Part shown: positions 1 through 12,898 of the stretch, in pieces | How positions within the stretch are numbered: position 1 is the first letter of the stretch | How the letters are laid out: the number at the start of each line of letters is the position of its first letter | Assembly (NCBI RefSeq): GCF_003334305.1 | Contig: NZ_QOWS01000008.1 | Source of the DNA: Escherichia coli | GTDB taxonomy: Bacteria; Pseudomonadota; Gammaproteobacteria; Enterobacterales; Enterobacteriaceae | Reading direction: 5' to 3' (one strand) | DNA length: 64,000 nucleotides | Position numbers and translations under genes: made by a program | The notes under the pieces: model-generated | What the model was told of the DNA's origin: nothing | Seen by the model: only the letters and a program-made list of their open reading frames with translations | Database searches by the model: none

Positions 1-1581
<1,581 letters not shown>

Positions 1582-1808
1582 TGTTTGTACTCCCAAAGGT
1601 TCGCAACAATTTGTAAGCGTGTATTCTTAAAAAAGCTCACGTTCGTCACCAGCTAAATCTGGTATGAATTTCAGCCTAAATTGTTACAAAGCATATTAAA
1701 CAGCAGCTTAAGTATACAATTTATTCGGCGAAACATTATTGATTCTGTTGATATGATCACGTTATACCCAATGTGCGCATTATCAAACAGACAAAGGGAA
1801 TCAACGAG

Positions 1809-2285
1809 ATGAAAACGCCCCTGGTTACCCGGGAAGGGTATGAAAAACTCAAACAAGAGCTTAATTATCTCTGGCGTGAAGAACGCCCGGAGGTCACAAA
1901 AAAGGTGACCTGGGCCGCAAGTCTGGGCGACCGCAGCGAAAATGCTGACTATCAGTATAATAAAAAGCGTCTGCGTGAAATCGACCGTCGCGTGCGCTAT
2001 CTCACTAAATGCCTGGAAAATCTCAAAATCGTCGATTACTCCCCTCAGCAGGAAGGCAAAGTCTTTTTTGGCGCGTGGGTGGAGATTGAAAACGACGATG
2101 GCGTGACTCACCGTTTCCGTATTGTCGGCTACGATGAAATTTTTGGCCGTAAAGATTACATCTCTATCGATTCCCCGATGGCCCGCGCATTGCTGAAAAA
2201 AGAAGTCGGCGATCTGGCGGTGGTGAATACCCCTGCCGGGGAAGCGAGCTGGTATGTTAATGCTATCGAGTACGTGAAACCGTAA
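1809..2285 (+). CDS. greB: Transcript cleavage factor GreB (158 aa)
   Basis: Track ORF 1773..2285; the internal ATG at 1809 gives MKTPLVTREGYEKLKQELNYLW..., a Gre-factor coiled-coil N-terminus. Confidence 0.92.
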   Translation: MKTPLVTREGYEKLKQELNYLWREERPEVTKKVTWAASLGDRSENADYQYNKKRLREIDRRVRYLTKCLENLKIVDYSPQQEGKVFFGAWVEIENDDGVTHRFRIVGYDEIFGRKDYISIDSPMARALLKKEVGDLAVVNTPAGEASWYVNAIEYVKP

Positions 2286-2381
2286 GGAAGAGTCTTAACC
2301 TCCTGCCGATGGCTGGCATTTTTGCCAGCCAGTCCGTATAACTATCCCCTGATTTTTGATCCGAAAAGATGAACTCAAACC

Positions 2382-4703
2382 ATGATGAATGATTCGTTCT
2401 GCCGCATTATTGCGGGTGAAATTCAGGCGCGCCCGGAACAGGTTGACGCTGCCGTTCGCCTGCTTGACGAAGGGAATACCGTGCCGTTTATCGCACGTTA
2501 TCGTAAGGAAATCACCGGCGGTCTGGATGACACGCAGCTGCGTAATCTGGAAACGCGTCTGAGCTATCTGCGCGAGCTGGAAGAGAGACGTCAGGCGATC
2601 CTCAAATCCATTTCCGAGCAAGGCAAACTCACCGATGATCTGGCGAAGGCCATCAACGCCACCCTAAGCAAAACCGAACTCGAAGACCTCTACCTGCCCT
2701 ACAAACCTAAACGCCGCACCCGCGGGCAAATCGCCATTGAAGCAGGGCTTGAGCCGTTGGCTGACCTGCTGTGGAGCGATCCGTCACACACGCCAGAAGT
2801 CGCCGCTGCACAATATGTTGATGCCGATAAAGGCGTGGCAGATACCAAAGCCGCGCTGGATGGCGCGCGCTATATCCTGATGGAACGGTTTGCCGAAGAT
2901 GCCGCGCTGCTGGCGAAAGTGCGTGATTATCTGTGGAAGAACGCGCATCTGGTCTCAACCGTGGTGAGCGGTAAAGAAGAGGAAGGGGCGAAATTCCGCG
3001 ACTATTTCGATCATCACGAACCGTTGTCCACGGTGCCTTCTCACCGCGCGCTGGCGATGTTCCGTGGGCGTAACGAAGGCGTACTCCAGCTTTCGCTGAA
3101 TGCCGATCCGCAGTTCGATGAGCCGCCCAAAGAGAGCTATTGCGAGCAAATCATCATGGATCACCTTGGCCTGCGCCTGAACAATGCCCCGGCGGATAGC
3201 TGGCGCAAAGGCGTAGTGAGCTGGACCTGGCGCATCAAGGTGCTGATGCATCTGGAAACCGAACTGATGGGTACCGTGCGCGAACGCGCGGAAGATGAAG
3301 CAATCAACGTCTTTGCCCGTAACCTGCACGATCTGCTGATGGCGGCCCCTGCCGGACTGCGTGCAACGATGGGCCTCGATCCGGGTCTGCGTACCGGGGT
3401 AAAAGTGGCGGTGGTCGATGCCACTGGCAAACTGGTGGCGACCGATACCATTTACCCGCACACCGGACAAGCCGCAAAAGCAGCGATGACCGTTGCTGCC
3501 TTGTGTGAAAAACATAACGTTGAACTGGTGGCGATCGGCAACGGTACAGCTTCCCGCGAAACTGAACGTTTCTATCTCGACGTGCAGAAGCAGTTCCCGA
3601 AAGTGACCGCACAGAAAGTGATCGTCAGCGAAGCTGGCGCGTCGGTTTACTCAGCTTCCGAGCTGGCAGCGCAGGAGTTCCCGGATCTCGACGTTTCGCT
3701 GCGTGGTGCGGTATCTATCGCCCGCCGTTTGCAGGATCCGCTGGCGGAGCTGGTGAAAATCGATCCGAAATCTATCGGCGTAGGTCAGTATCAGCATGAC
3801 GTCAGCCAGACGCAACTGGCCCGCAAACTGGATGCAGTAGTAGAAGACTGCGTAAACGCCGTTGGCGTCGATCTCAACACCGCTTCTGTTCCGCTATTAA
3901 CCCGCGTGGCGGGCCTGACGCGCATGATGGCGCAAAACATCGTGGCCTGGCGCGATGAGAACGGCCAGTTCAAGAACCGTCAGCAACTGCTGAAAGTCAG
4001 CCGTCTGGGGCCGAAAGCCTTCGAGCAGTGCGCGGGCTTCCTGCGCATTAACCACGGTGATAACCCGCTGGACGCCTCTACCGTTCACCCGGAAGCCTAT
4101 CCGGTGGTGGAACGCATTCTGGCAGCAACACAGCAGGCACTGAAAGATCTGATGGGTAACAGCAGCGAACTGCGTAACCTGAAAGCGTCTGACTTTACTG
4201 ATGAAAAATTCGGTGTGCCGACAGTAACTGACATCATCAAAGAGCTGGAAAAACCGGGTCGCGATCCGCGTCCGGAATTTAAAACCGCTCAGTTTGCCGA
4301 TGGCGTCGAGACAATGAACGACCTGCAACCGGGTATGATCCTCGAAGGCGCTGTCACCAACGTCACCAACTTTGGCGCGTTTGTCGATATTGGCGTGCAT
4401 CAGGACGGCCTGGTTCACATCTCTTCATTGTCGAACAAGTTTGTGGAAGATCCGCATACCGTGGTGAAAGCGGGCGACATTGTGAAGGTGAAAGTGCTGG
4501 AAGTGGATCTTCAGCGTAAACGTATCGCCCTGACCATGCGTCTGGACGAGCAGCCTGGCGAAACCAACGCCCGTCGCGGCGGCGGTAATGAACGCCCGCA
4601 AAACAACCGCCCGGCAGCCAAACCACGCGGTCGTGAAGCGCAGCCTGCCGGTAATAGCGCGATGATGGATGCGCTGGCGGCGGCAATGGGCAAAAAACGT
4701 TAA
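2382..4703 (+). CDS. tex: Tex/YhgF transcription accessory protein with C-terminal S1 RNA-binding domain (773 aa)
   Basis: 773-aa [23 protein letters not shown]... with YqgF/RNase H-like and HhH regions and a C-terminal S1 domain ([32 protein letters not shown]). Confidence 0.93.
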   Translation: MMNDSFCRIIAGEIQARPEQVDAAVRLLDEGNTVPFIARYRKEITGGLDDTQLRNLETRLSYLRELEERRQAILKSISEQGKLTDDLAKAINATLSKTELEDLYLPYKPKRRTRGQIAIEAGLEPLADLLWSDPSHTPEVAAAQYVDADKGVADTKAALDGARYILMERFAEDAALLAKVRDYLWKNAHLVSTVVSGKEEEGAKFRDYFDHHEPLSTVPSHRALAMFRGRNEGVLQLSLNADPQFDEPPKESYCEQIIMDHLGLRLNNAPADSWRKGVVSWTWRIKVLMHLETELMGTVRERAEDEAINVFARNLHDLLMAAPAGLRATMGLDPGLRTGVKVAVVDATGKLVATDTIYPHTGQAAKAAMTVAALCEKHNVELVAIGNGTASRETERFYLDVQKQFPKVTAQKVIVSEAGASVYSASELAAQEFPDLDVSLRGAVSIARRLQDPLAELVKIDPKSIGVGQYQHDVSQTQLARKLDAVVEDCVNAVGVDLNTASVPLLTRVAGLTRMMAQNIVAWRDENGQFKNRQQLLKVSRLGPKAFEQCAGFLRINHGDNPLDASTVHPEAYPVVERILAATQQALKDLMGNSSELRNLKASDFTDEKFGVPTVTDIIKELEKPGRDPRPEFKTAQFADGVETMNDLQPGMILEGAVTNVTNFGAFVDIGVHQDGLVHISSLSNKFVEDPHTVVKAGDIVKVKVLEVDLQRKRIALTMRLDEQPGETNARRGGGNERPQNNRPAAKPRGREAQPAGNSAMMDALAAAMGKKR

Positions 4704-4784
4704 ACGCCCTGATTGACCCCTAAACCTGCGCGATAAGGTGTCCACGCCGCATCTGGCAACGAACGCCTTGTCTGACATAAAAGT

Positions 4785-4812
4785 GCCGGAGAATATCTCC
4801 GGCCTTTTTATT
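4785..4812 (+). terminator. Intrinsic terminator downstream of tex
   Basis: GC hairpin GCCGGAGAATATCTCCGGC followed directly by CTTTTTATT. Confidence 0.6.
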
Positions 4813-5004
4813 CCACAACCAAACTCATAATATATTCCGGCAATATTTATCACTTCATTAACAACTGAAACCTTAATTAAACATTAGCCAGTCCGGGTAA
4901 TTCACTATTCGAATTATATTTTCGCTGCGATATAACCTTGAGCCACATCAACATTGAGTCAGATTATTATTCAAACCAACATTCGCACACATTTTAAGTA
5001 TTGC

Positions 5005-5031
5005 TGATAGAAACCATTCTCATTATCATTG
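5005..5031 (+). promoter_or_regulatory. Candidate Fur box in the feoABC promoter region
   Basis: TGATAGAAACCATTCTCATTATCATTG resembles the GATAATGATAATCATTATC Fur consensus, about 110 bp upstream of the feoA ATG. Confidence 0.5.
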
Positions 5032-5140
5032 TGTTGTTGATTATTTAATCTCTCCTTTGTTGGCAAATCATCTGGTCTCATGTCGCTGTCAAACGCCCCA
5101 TGAGGTAGTTATCCAGTTAATGAGAAACAAGTAGGCACCT

Positions 5141-5368
5141 ATGCAATACACTCCAGATACTGCGTGGAAAATCACTGGCTTTTCCCGTGAAATCAGCCCG
5201 GCATATCGCCAAAAACTGCTTTCTCTTGGCATGTTACCTGGCTCCTCTTTTAATGTGGTGCGCGTCGCTCCACTCGGCGACCCCATTCATATCGAAACCC
5301 GTCGTGTGAGCCTGGTATTACGCAAAAAAGATCTGGCCTTATTAGAAGTGGAAGCGGTTTCCTGTTAA
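5141..5368 (+). CDS. feoA: Ferrous iron transport protein FeoA (75 aa)
   Basis: 75-aa [40 protein letters not shown]..., SH3-like FeoA, directly upstream of feoB. Confidence 0.93.
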   Translation: MQYTPDTAWKITGFSREISPAYRQKLLSLGMLPGSSFNVVRVAPLGDPIHIETRRVSLVLRKKDLALLEVEAVSC

Positions 5369-5384
5369 TACGGTGATAACAACA

Positions 5385-7706
5385 ATGAAAAAATTAACCA
5401 TAGGCTTAATTGGTAATCCAAATTCTGGCAAGACAACCTTATTTAACCAGCTCACTGGCGCACGTCAGCGTGTAGGTAACTGGGCTGGCGTTACCGTCGA
5501 ACGTAAAGAAGGGCAATTCTCCACCACCGATCATCAGGTCACGCTGGTGGACCTGCCCGGCACCTATTCTCTGACCACCATCTCATCGCAGACCTCGCTC
5601 GATGAGCAAATCGCCTGTCACTACATTTTGAGTGGCGACGCCGACCTGCTGATTAACGTGGTGGATGCGTCTAACCTTGAGCGTAACCTGTACCTGACGC
5701 TACAACTGCTGGAACTCGGCATTCCCTGCATCGTGGCACTGAACATGCTCGACATTGCCGAGAAGCAAAATATTCGTATTGAAATTGATACTCTGTCGGC
5801 GCGTCTTGGCTGCCCAGTGATCCCGCTGGTTTCAACCCGTGGTCGCGGTATTGAAGCGCTCAAGCTGGCGATTGATCGCTATAAAGCTAACGAGAATGTG
5901 GAACTGGTGCATTACGCACAGCCGCTACTCAACGAAGCAGATTCACTGGCAAAAGTGATGCCTTCCGACATCCCGCTGAAACAACGTCGCTGGCTGGGCC
6001 TGCAAATGCTGGAAGGCGATATCTACAGCCGCGCCTACGCCGGTGAAGCGTCGCAGCATCTGGATGCCGCCCTCGCCCGTCTGCGTAATGAGATGGACGA
6101 TCCGGCGCTGCACATTGCCGATGCGCGTTACCAGTGCATTGCTGCCATCTGTGATGTGGTAAGCAACACCCTGACGGCAGAACCCAGCCGTTTCACCACT
6201 GCGGTAGATAAAATCGTGCTCAACCGTTTCCTCGGTCTGCCGATTTTCCTCTTTGTGATGTACCTGATGTTCCTGCTGGCTATCAACATCGGCGGGGCGT
6301 TACAGCCGCTGTTTGACGTCGGCTCCGTGGCGCTATTTGTGCATGGTATTCAATGGATTGGCTACACGCTCCACTTCCCGGACTGGCTGACTATCTTCCT
6401 CGCCCAGGGCCTGGGTGGCGGCATTAACACCGTGCTGCCACTGGTGCCGCAGATTGGCATGATGTACCTGTTCCTCTCCTTCCTTGAGGACTCCGGGTAT
6501 ATGGCGCGTGCGGCGTTTGTGATGGACCGTCTGATGCAGGCGCTGGGCTTGCCGGGGAAATCCTTTGTGCCGCTGATCGTCGGTTTCGGTTGTAACGTAC
6601 CGTCGGTAATGGGTGCACGTACGCTTGATGCACCGCGTGAACGTCTGATGACCATCATGATGGCACCGTTTATGTCCTGCGGCGCGCGTCTGGCTATCTT
6701 CGCAGTATTCGCGGCTGCCTTCTTCGGGCAGAACGGTGCGCTGGCGGTCTTCTCGCTGTATATGCTGGGTATTGTGATGGCGGTGCTGACTGGCCTGATG
6801 CTCAAGTACACCATCATGCGCGGTGAAGCGACGCCGTTTGTCATGGAGTTGCCGGTCTATCATGTACCACACGTTAAAAGCCTGATTATCCAGACCTGGC
6901 AGCGTCTGAAAGGCTTCGTTCTGCGTGCTGGTAAAGTGATCATCATCGTCAGCATTTTCCTGAGCGCTTTCAACAGCTTCTCGCTGAGCGGGAAAATCGT
7001 CGATAACATCAACGACTCGGCGCTGGCGTCCGTCAGCCGGGTGATCACCCCGGTCTTCAAGCCAATTGGCGTGCATGAAGATAACTGGCAGGCAACGGTT
7101 GGCCTGTTTACAGGTGCCATGGCGAAAGAAGTGGTAGTGGGTACGCTCAACACCCTCTACACCGCAGAAAATATTCAGGACGAAGAGTTCAATCCGGCAG
7201 AATTTAACCTCGGTGAAGAGCTGTTCAGTGCGATAGATGAAACCTGGCAGAGCCTGAAAGACACCTTCAGCCTTAGCGTACTGATGAACCCCATTGAAGC
7301 CAGCAAAGGCGACGGCGAAATGGGTACCGGGGCGATGGGCGTGATGGATCAGAAATTCGGTAGCGCAGCAGCAGCTTACAGCTACCTGATTTTCGTCCTG
7401 CTGTATGTACCATGTATCTCGGTGATGGGAGCCATCGCCCGTGAATCAAGCCGTGGCTGGATGGGCTTCTCCATCCTGTGGGGGCTGAATATCGCTTACT
7501 CGCTGGCAACATTGTTCTATCAGGTCGCCAGCTACAGTCAGCACCCAACTTACAGCCTGGTGTGCATTCTGGCGGTTATCCTGTTTAACATCGTGGTTAT
7601 CGGTCTGCTGCGCCGCGCGCGTAGCCGGGTGGATATCGAACTGCTGGCAACCCGCAAGTCGGTAAGCAGTTGCTGCGCAGCCAGCACCACCGGTGATTGC
7701 CATTAA
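5385..7706 (+). CDS. feoB: Ferrous iron transporter FeoB, G-protein domain plus polytopic membrane domain (773 aa)
   Basis: Track ORF begins at an upstream GTG (5373); the ATG at 5385 gives [25 protein letters not shown] (P-loop GTPase) followed by a multi-TM permease domain. Confidence 0.95.
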   Translation: MKKLTIGLIGNPNSGKTTLFNQLTGARQRVGNWAGVTVERKEGQFSTTDHQVTLVDLPGTYSLTTISSQTSLDEQIACHYILSGDADLLINVVDASNLERNLYLTLQLLELGIPCIVALNMLDIAEKQNIRIEIDTLSARLGCPVIPLVSTRGRGIEALKLAIDRYKANENVELVHYAQPLLNEADSLAKVMPSDIPLKQRRWLGLQMLEGDIYSRAYAGEASQHLDAALARLRNEMDDPALHIADARYQCIAAICDVVSNTLTAEPSRFTTAVDKIVLNRFLGLPIFLFVMYLMFLLAINIGGALQPLFDVGSVALFVHGIQWIGYTLHFPDWLTIFLAQGLGGGINTVLPLVPQIGMMYLFLSFLEDSGYMARAAFVMDRLMQALGLPGKSFVPLIVGFGCNVPSVMGARTLDAPRERLMTIMMAPFMSCGARLAIFAVFAAAFFGQNGALAVFSLYMLGIVMAVLTGLMLKYTIMRGEATPFVMELPVYHVPHVKSLIIQTWQRLKGFVLRAGKVIIIVSIFLSAFNSFSLSGKIVDNINDSALASVSRVITPVFKPIGVHEDNWQATVGLFTGAMAKEVVVGTLNTLYTAENIQDEEFNPAEFNLGEELFSAIDETWQSLKDTFSLSVLMNPIEASKGDGEMGTGAMGVMDQKFGSAAAAYSYLIFVLLYVPCISVMGAIARESSRGWMGFSILWGLNIAYSLATLFYQVASYSQHPTYSLVCILAVILFNIVVIGLLRRARSRVDIELLATRKSVSSCCAASTTGDCH

Positions 7707-7942
7707 TGGCTTCACTTATTCAGGTGCGCGATTTGCTGGCGTTACGGGGCCGTATGGAAGCGGCCCAGATAAGCCAGACATTGAACACTCCACAGCCAAT
7801 GATTAACGCCATGCTGCAACAACTGGAAAGTATGGGCAAAGCCGTGCGGATTCAGGAAGAACCTGACGGCTGCCTCTCTGGCAGTTGTAAAAGCTGCCCG
7901 GAAGGAAAAGCCTGTCTGCGCGAGTGGTGGGCGCTGCGTTAA
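7706..7942 (+). CDS. feoC: FeoC, small winged-helix protein of the feo operon (78 aa)
   Basis: The ATG at 7706 overlaps the feoB TAA by 1 nt (TAATG). Product [27 protein letters not shown]... carries the cysteine cluster [15 protein letters not shown]. Confidence 0.88.
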   Translation: MASLIQVRDLLALRGRMEAAQISQTLNTPQPMINAMLQQLESMGKAVRIQEEPDGCLSGSCKSCPEGKACLREWWALR

Positions 7943-7968
7943 CCTTACTCCATCGCCTGTTTTGGAAA

Positions 7969-7999
7969 GCCCGGTATGCGTCTGCATCCGGGCTTTTTT
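7969..7999 (+). terminator. Intrinsic terminator of the feoABC operon
   Basis: Hairpin GCCCGGTATGCGTCTGCATCCGGGC followed by TTTTTTG. Confidence 0.65.
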
Positions 8000-8144
8000 G
8001 CGTGCGGCTTTCCATAAAAATGCAACTCTTGCAGCACGGCGTAAGTTCCTTTGAAAGCATCTCGCAGGGATGAAAACTCGCTAATGCACAGATGTGGAGT
8101 GGCGCGTAGAGTCGCGGCATTCAAACAACAGGTGAAGGAACGCC

Positions 8145-9023
8145 ATGAGTAAAAAGCAGAGTTCCACCCCACATGATGCGCTGTTCAAACTCTTTTTACG
8201 CCAACCGGACACGGCTCGCGATTTTCTTGCGTTCCATTTACCGGCCCCCATTCACGCGCTCTGTGATATGAAAACCCTCAAGCTGGAGTCGAGCAGCTTT
8301 ATTGATGACGATCTGCGTGAAAGCTATTCCGATGTGCTGTGGTCGGTGAAAACGGAACAAGGACCAGGATACATCTATTGTCTGATTGAACATCAAAGCA
8401 CCTCAAACAAACTGATCGCATTTCGCATGATGCGTTAAGCTATTGCCGCAATGCAAAATCACCTTGATGCTGGATACAAAACGTTGCCGATGGTGGTGCT
8501 ATTGTTGTTTTACCACGGTATTGAAAGCCCCTATCCCTATTCGCTGTGTTGGCTGGATTGTTTCGCCGATCCCAAACTGGCAAGGCAGCTTTATGCCTCC
8601 GCATTTCCGCTGATTGATGTCACCGTCATGCCTGATGATGAAATCATGCAGCACCGACGTATGGCGCTGCTGGAGTTAATTCAAAAACATATTCGTCAAC
8701 GCGACCTGATGGGGCTGGTAGAGCAAATGGCCTGCTTATTAAGTAGTGGATACGCTAATGACAGACAAATCAAAGGGCTGTTTAATTACATACTGCAAAC
8801 CGGCGACGCGGTACGTTTTAACGATTTTATCGACGGCGTTGCCGAACGTTCACCGAAACACAAGGAGAGTTTAATGACAATTGCGGAAAGATTGCGGCAG
8901 GAGGGGGAACAATCCAAAGCCCTGCATATAGCCAAAATAATGCTTGAATCCGGAGTCCCTCTTACAGACATCATGCGCTTTACCGGGGTGTCAGAAGAAG
9001 AGTTGGCTGCGGCGAGCCAGTAA
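8145..9023 (+). pseudogene. rpnA: rpnA/yhgA (recombination-promoting nuclease, PDDEXK/transposase_31 family) split by an in-frame TAA at 8436-8438
   Basis: Track ORFs 8145..8438 (97 aa, [17 protein letters not shown]...FRMMR*) and 8451..9023 (190 aa) are in the same frame, separated only by TAA and four sense codons (AIAA). Read through, they total 292 codons, which is the length I recall for intact YhgA. Confidence 0.75.
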
Positions 9024-9051
9024 ATTTCTGTCTCGCCATTTCAAAAGTTGC

Positions 9052-10543
<1,492 letters not shown>

Positions 10544-10601
10544 AGCCTCGATGATGGGCGTATTATAACCAACTAAAATAGTCAACTATTAGGCCATTAC
10601 T

Positions 10602-11177
10602 ATGATCCGTATTTCCGATGCTGCACAAGCGCACTTTGCCAAACTGCTGGCAAATCAGGAAGAAGGGACACAAATCCGCGTATTTGTGATTAACCCTGGC
10701 ACGCCTAACGCTGAATGTGGTGTTTCTTATTGTCCGCCGGATGCCGTGGAAGCCACCGACACTGCCCTGAAATTTGACCTGCTGACCGCGTATGTTGATG
10801 AGTTAAGCGCACCATACCTGGAAGATGCAGAGATCGACTTTGTTACCGACCAGTTGGGTTCTCAGTTAACGCTGAAAGCCCCGAACGCCAAAATGCGTAA
10901 AGTGGCAGACGATGCACCGCTGATGGAGCGCGTGGAGTATATGCTGCAGTCGCAGATCAACCCACAGCTTGCTGGTCACGGTGGTCGCGTTTCGCTGATG
11001 GAAATCACCGAAGACGGTTACGCCATTCTGCAATTTGGCGGCGGCTGTAACGGTTGTTCCATGGTCGATGTGACGCTGAAAGAAGGGATCGAGAAGCAGC
11101 TGCTGAACGAATTCCCGGAGCTGAAAGGTGTGCGCGATCTCACCGAACACCAGCGCGGCGAACACTCCTACTACTAA
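10602..11177 (+). CDS. nfuA: Fe-S cluster carrier NfuA (191 aa)
   Basis: 191-aa [32 protein letters not shown]... with the Nfu-type CxxC motif ([10 protein letters not shown]). Confidence 0.93.
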
Positions 11178-11236
<59 letters not shown>

Positions 11237-11361
11237 TTGAACATGTGCCAGACGTTGGCACAGCATTGCTTTGGCAAATCCCTCCCTTCGTTTCCCCGCG
11301 ATAATATGACCAACCTCTCATAATTTAAATTTACCCCGCTCTGGTGATTCTCAAACGCCAG

Positions 11362-11383
11362 ATGTTACCCGTATCATTCACAT
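11362..11383 (+). promoter_or_regulatory. Candidate GntR operator in the gntT promoter
   Basis: ATGTTACCCGTATCATTCACAT matches the ATGTTA-N4-TAACAT-type GntR operator. Confidence 0.5.
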
Positions 11384-11502
11384 GGGTACCAAACATACTC
11401 CTGACATCTGACTACAATAATTAGTTTTAGTGGGTATCAGTCGTGGTGCCGCAATATCTCTGTTCCCGATTGGGATAATTAGAGTTTGTCGTCAGAAAAC
11501 TG

Positions 11503-11520
11503 ACGTTACCCATAACAAAT
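11503..11520 (+). promoter_or_regulatory. Second candidate GntR operator upstream of gntT
   Basis: ACGTTACCCATAACAAAT, same half-site architecture, about 20 bp upstream of the gntT ATG. Confidence 0.4.
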
Positions 11521-11537
11521 GAAAGGCCAGGTAAATC

Positions 11538-12854
11538 ATGCCATTAGTCATTGTTGCTATCGGTGTAATCTTGTTGTTGCTCCTGATGATCCGCTTCAAA
11601 ATGAACGGCTTCATCGCTCTCGTCCTCGTGGCGCTTGCTGTTGGATTAATGCAAGGAATGCCGCTGGATAAAGTTATTGGCTCCATCAAAGCCGGTGTCG
11701 GCGGGACGCTCGGTAGCCTTGCCCTGATCATGGGTTTTGGCGCAATGCTGGGCAAAATGCTGGCAGACTGCGGTGGCGCACAACGTATCGCCACCACGCT
11801 GATTGCCAAATTTGGTAAAAAACACATCCAGTGGGCGGTGGTACTGACCGGTTTTACCGTTGGTTTTGCCCTGTTCTATGAAGTGGGCTTTGTGCTGATG
11901 CTGCCGCTGGTGTTTACCATCGCGGCTTCTGCGAATATTCCACTGTTGTATGTTGGTGTACCAATGGCAGCTGCACTGTCTGTGACCCACGGCTTCCTGC
12001 CACCGCATCCGGGTCCGACTGCGATTGCCACCATTTTCAATGCCGATATGGGTAAAACCCTGCTGTACGGTACTATTCTGGCAATCCCGACCGTGATTCT
12101 CGCCGGTCCGGTTTACGCTCGCGTGTTGAAAGGTATCGATAAGCCAATTCCGGAAGGTCTCTACAGCGCGAAAACCTTCAGCGAAGAAGAGATGCCGAGC
12201 TTTGGCGTCAGCGTCTGGACTTCTCTGGTGCCGGTTGTGCTGATGGCGATGCGTGCGATTGCCGAAATGATCCTGCCGAAAGGTCACGCTTTCCTGCCGG
12301 TAGCGGAGTTCCTCGGTGACCCGGTAATGGCAACGCTGATTGCCGTGCTGATTGCGATGTTCACCTTTGGTCTGAACCGTGGTCGTTCAATGGATCAGAT
12401 TAACGACACGCTGGTTTCTTCCATCAAAATCATTGCGATGATGCTGTTGATCATCGGTGGTGGCGGTGCGTTCAAGCAGGTGCTGGTAGACAGCGGCGTG
12501 GACAAATACATTGCTTCCATGATGCACGAAACCAACATTTCTCCGCTGCTGATGGCCTGGTCGATTGCTGCCGTACTGCGTATCGCGCTGGGTTCCGCAA
12601 CCGTTGCGGCAATCACTGCGGGTGGTATCGCGGCACCGCTGATTGCAACGACGGGTGTTAGCCCAGAGCTGATGGTTATTGCGGTGGGTTCCGGTAGTGT
12701 GATTTTCTCTCATGTGAACGATCCGGGCTTCTGGCTGTTCAAAGAGTACTTTAACCTGACTATCGGCGAGACCATCAAATCCTGGTCGATGCTGGAAACC
12801 ATTATCTCGGTGTGCGGTCTGGTAGGCTGTCTGCTGCTGAATATGGTGATTTGA
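11538..12854 (+). CDS. gntT: High-affinity gluconate:H+ symporter GntT (438 aa)
   Basis: 438-aa polytopic GntP-family permease MPLVIVAIGVILLLLLMIRFKMNGFIALVL... Confidence 0.93.
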   Translation: MPLVIVAIGVILLLLLMIRFKMNGFIALVLVALAVGLMQGMPLDKVIGSIKAGVGGTLGSLALIMGFGAMLGKMLADCGGAQRIATTLIAKFGKKHIQWAVVLTGFTVGFALFYEVGFVLMLPLVFTIAASANIPLLYVGVPMAAALSVTHGFLPPHPGPTAIATIFNADMGKTLLYGTILAIPTVILAGPVYARVLKGIDKPIPEGLYSAKTFSEEEMPSFGVSVWTSLVPVVLMAMRAIAEMILPKGHAFLPVAEFLGDPVMATLIAVLIAMFTFGLNRGRSMDQINDTLVSSIKIIAMMLLIIGGGGAFKQVLVDSGVDKYIASMMHETNISPLLMAWSIAAVLRIALGSATVAAITAGGIAAPLIATTGVSPELMVIAVGSGSVIFSHVNDPGFWLFKEYFNLTIGETIKSWSMLETIISVCGLVGCLLLNMVI

Positions 12855-12865
12855 TAACACTGACT

Positions 12866-12886
12866 GCCGGATGCATCGCATCCGGC
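12866..12886. terminator. Hairpin between convergent gntT and malQ (candidate bidirectional terminator)
   Basis: Perfect palindrome GCCGGATGCATCGCATCCGGC between the two convergent stops. No clear U-run. Confidence 0.4.
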
Positions 12887-12898
12887 ATCAACCGCACT

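Noticed and set aside
5037-5050. Possible FNR site TTGATTATTTAATC upstream of feoA
   Set aside because: Only the first half-site matches TTGAT-N4-ATCAA; the second half (TAATC) does not. Too weak to call from sequence alone.
5373-5384. Upstream alternative-start extensions reported by the ORF track (feoB 5373, gntX 9797, glpD 26912, glgC 37451, asd 43088, ggt 54160, ugpC 56529, livF 60747, yhhY 49147, greB 1773, ompR 1596, glpE 26761)
   Set aside because: In each case an internal ATG gives the well-known conserved N-terminus. The extensions begin at GTG/TTG or run into the upstream gene and are likely artefacts of longest-ORF calling.
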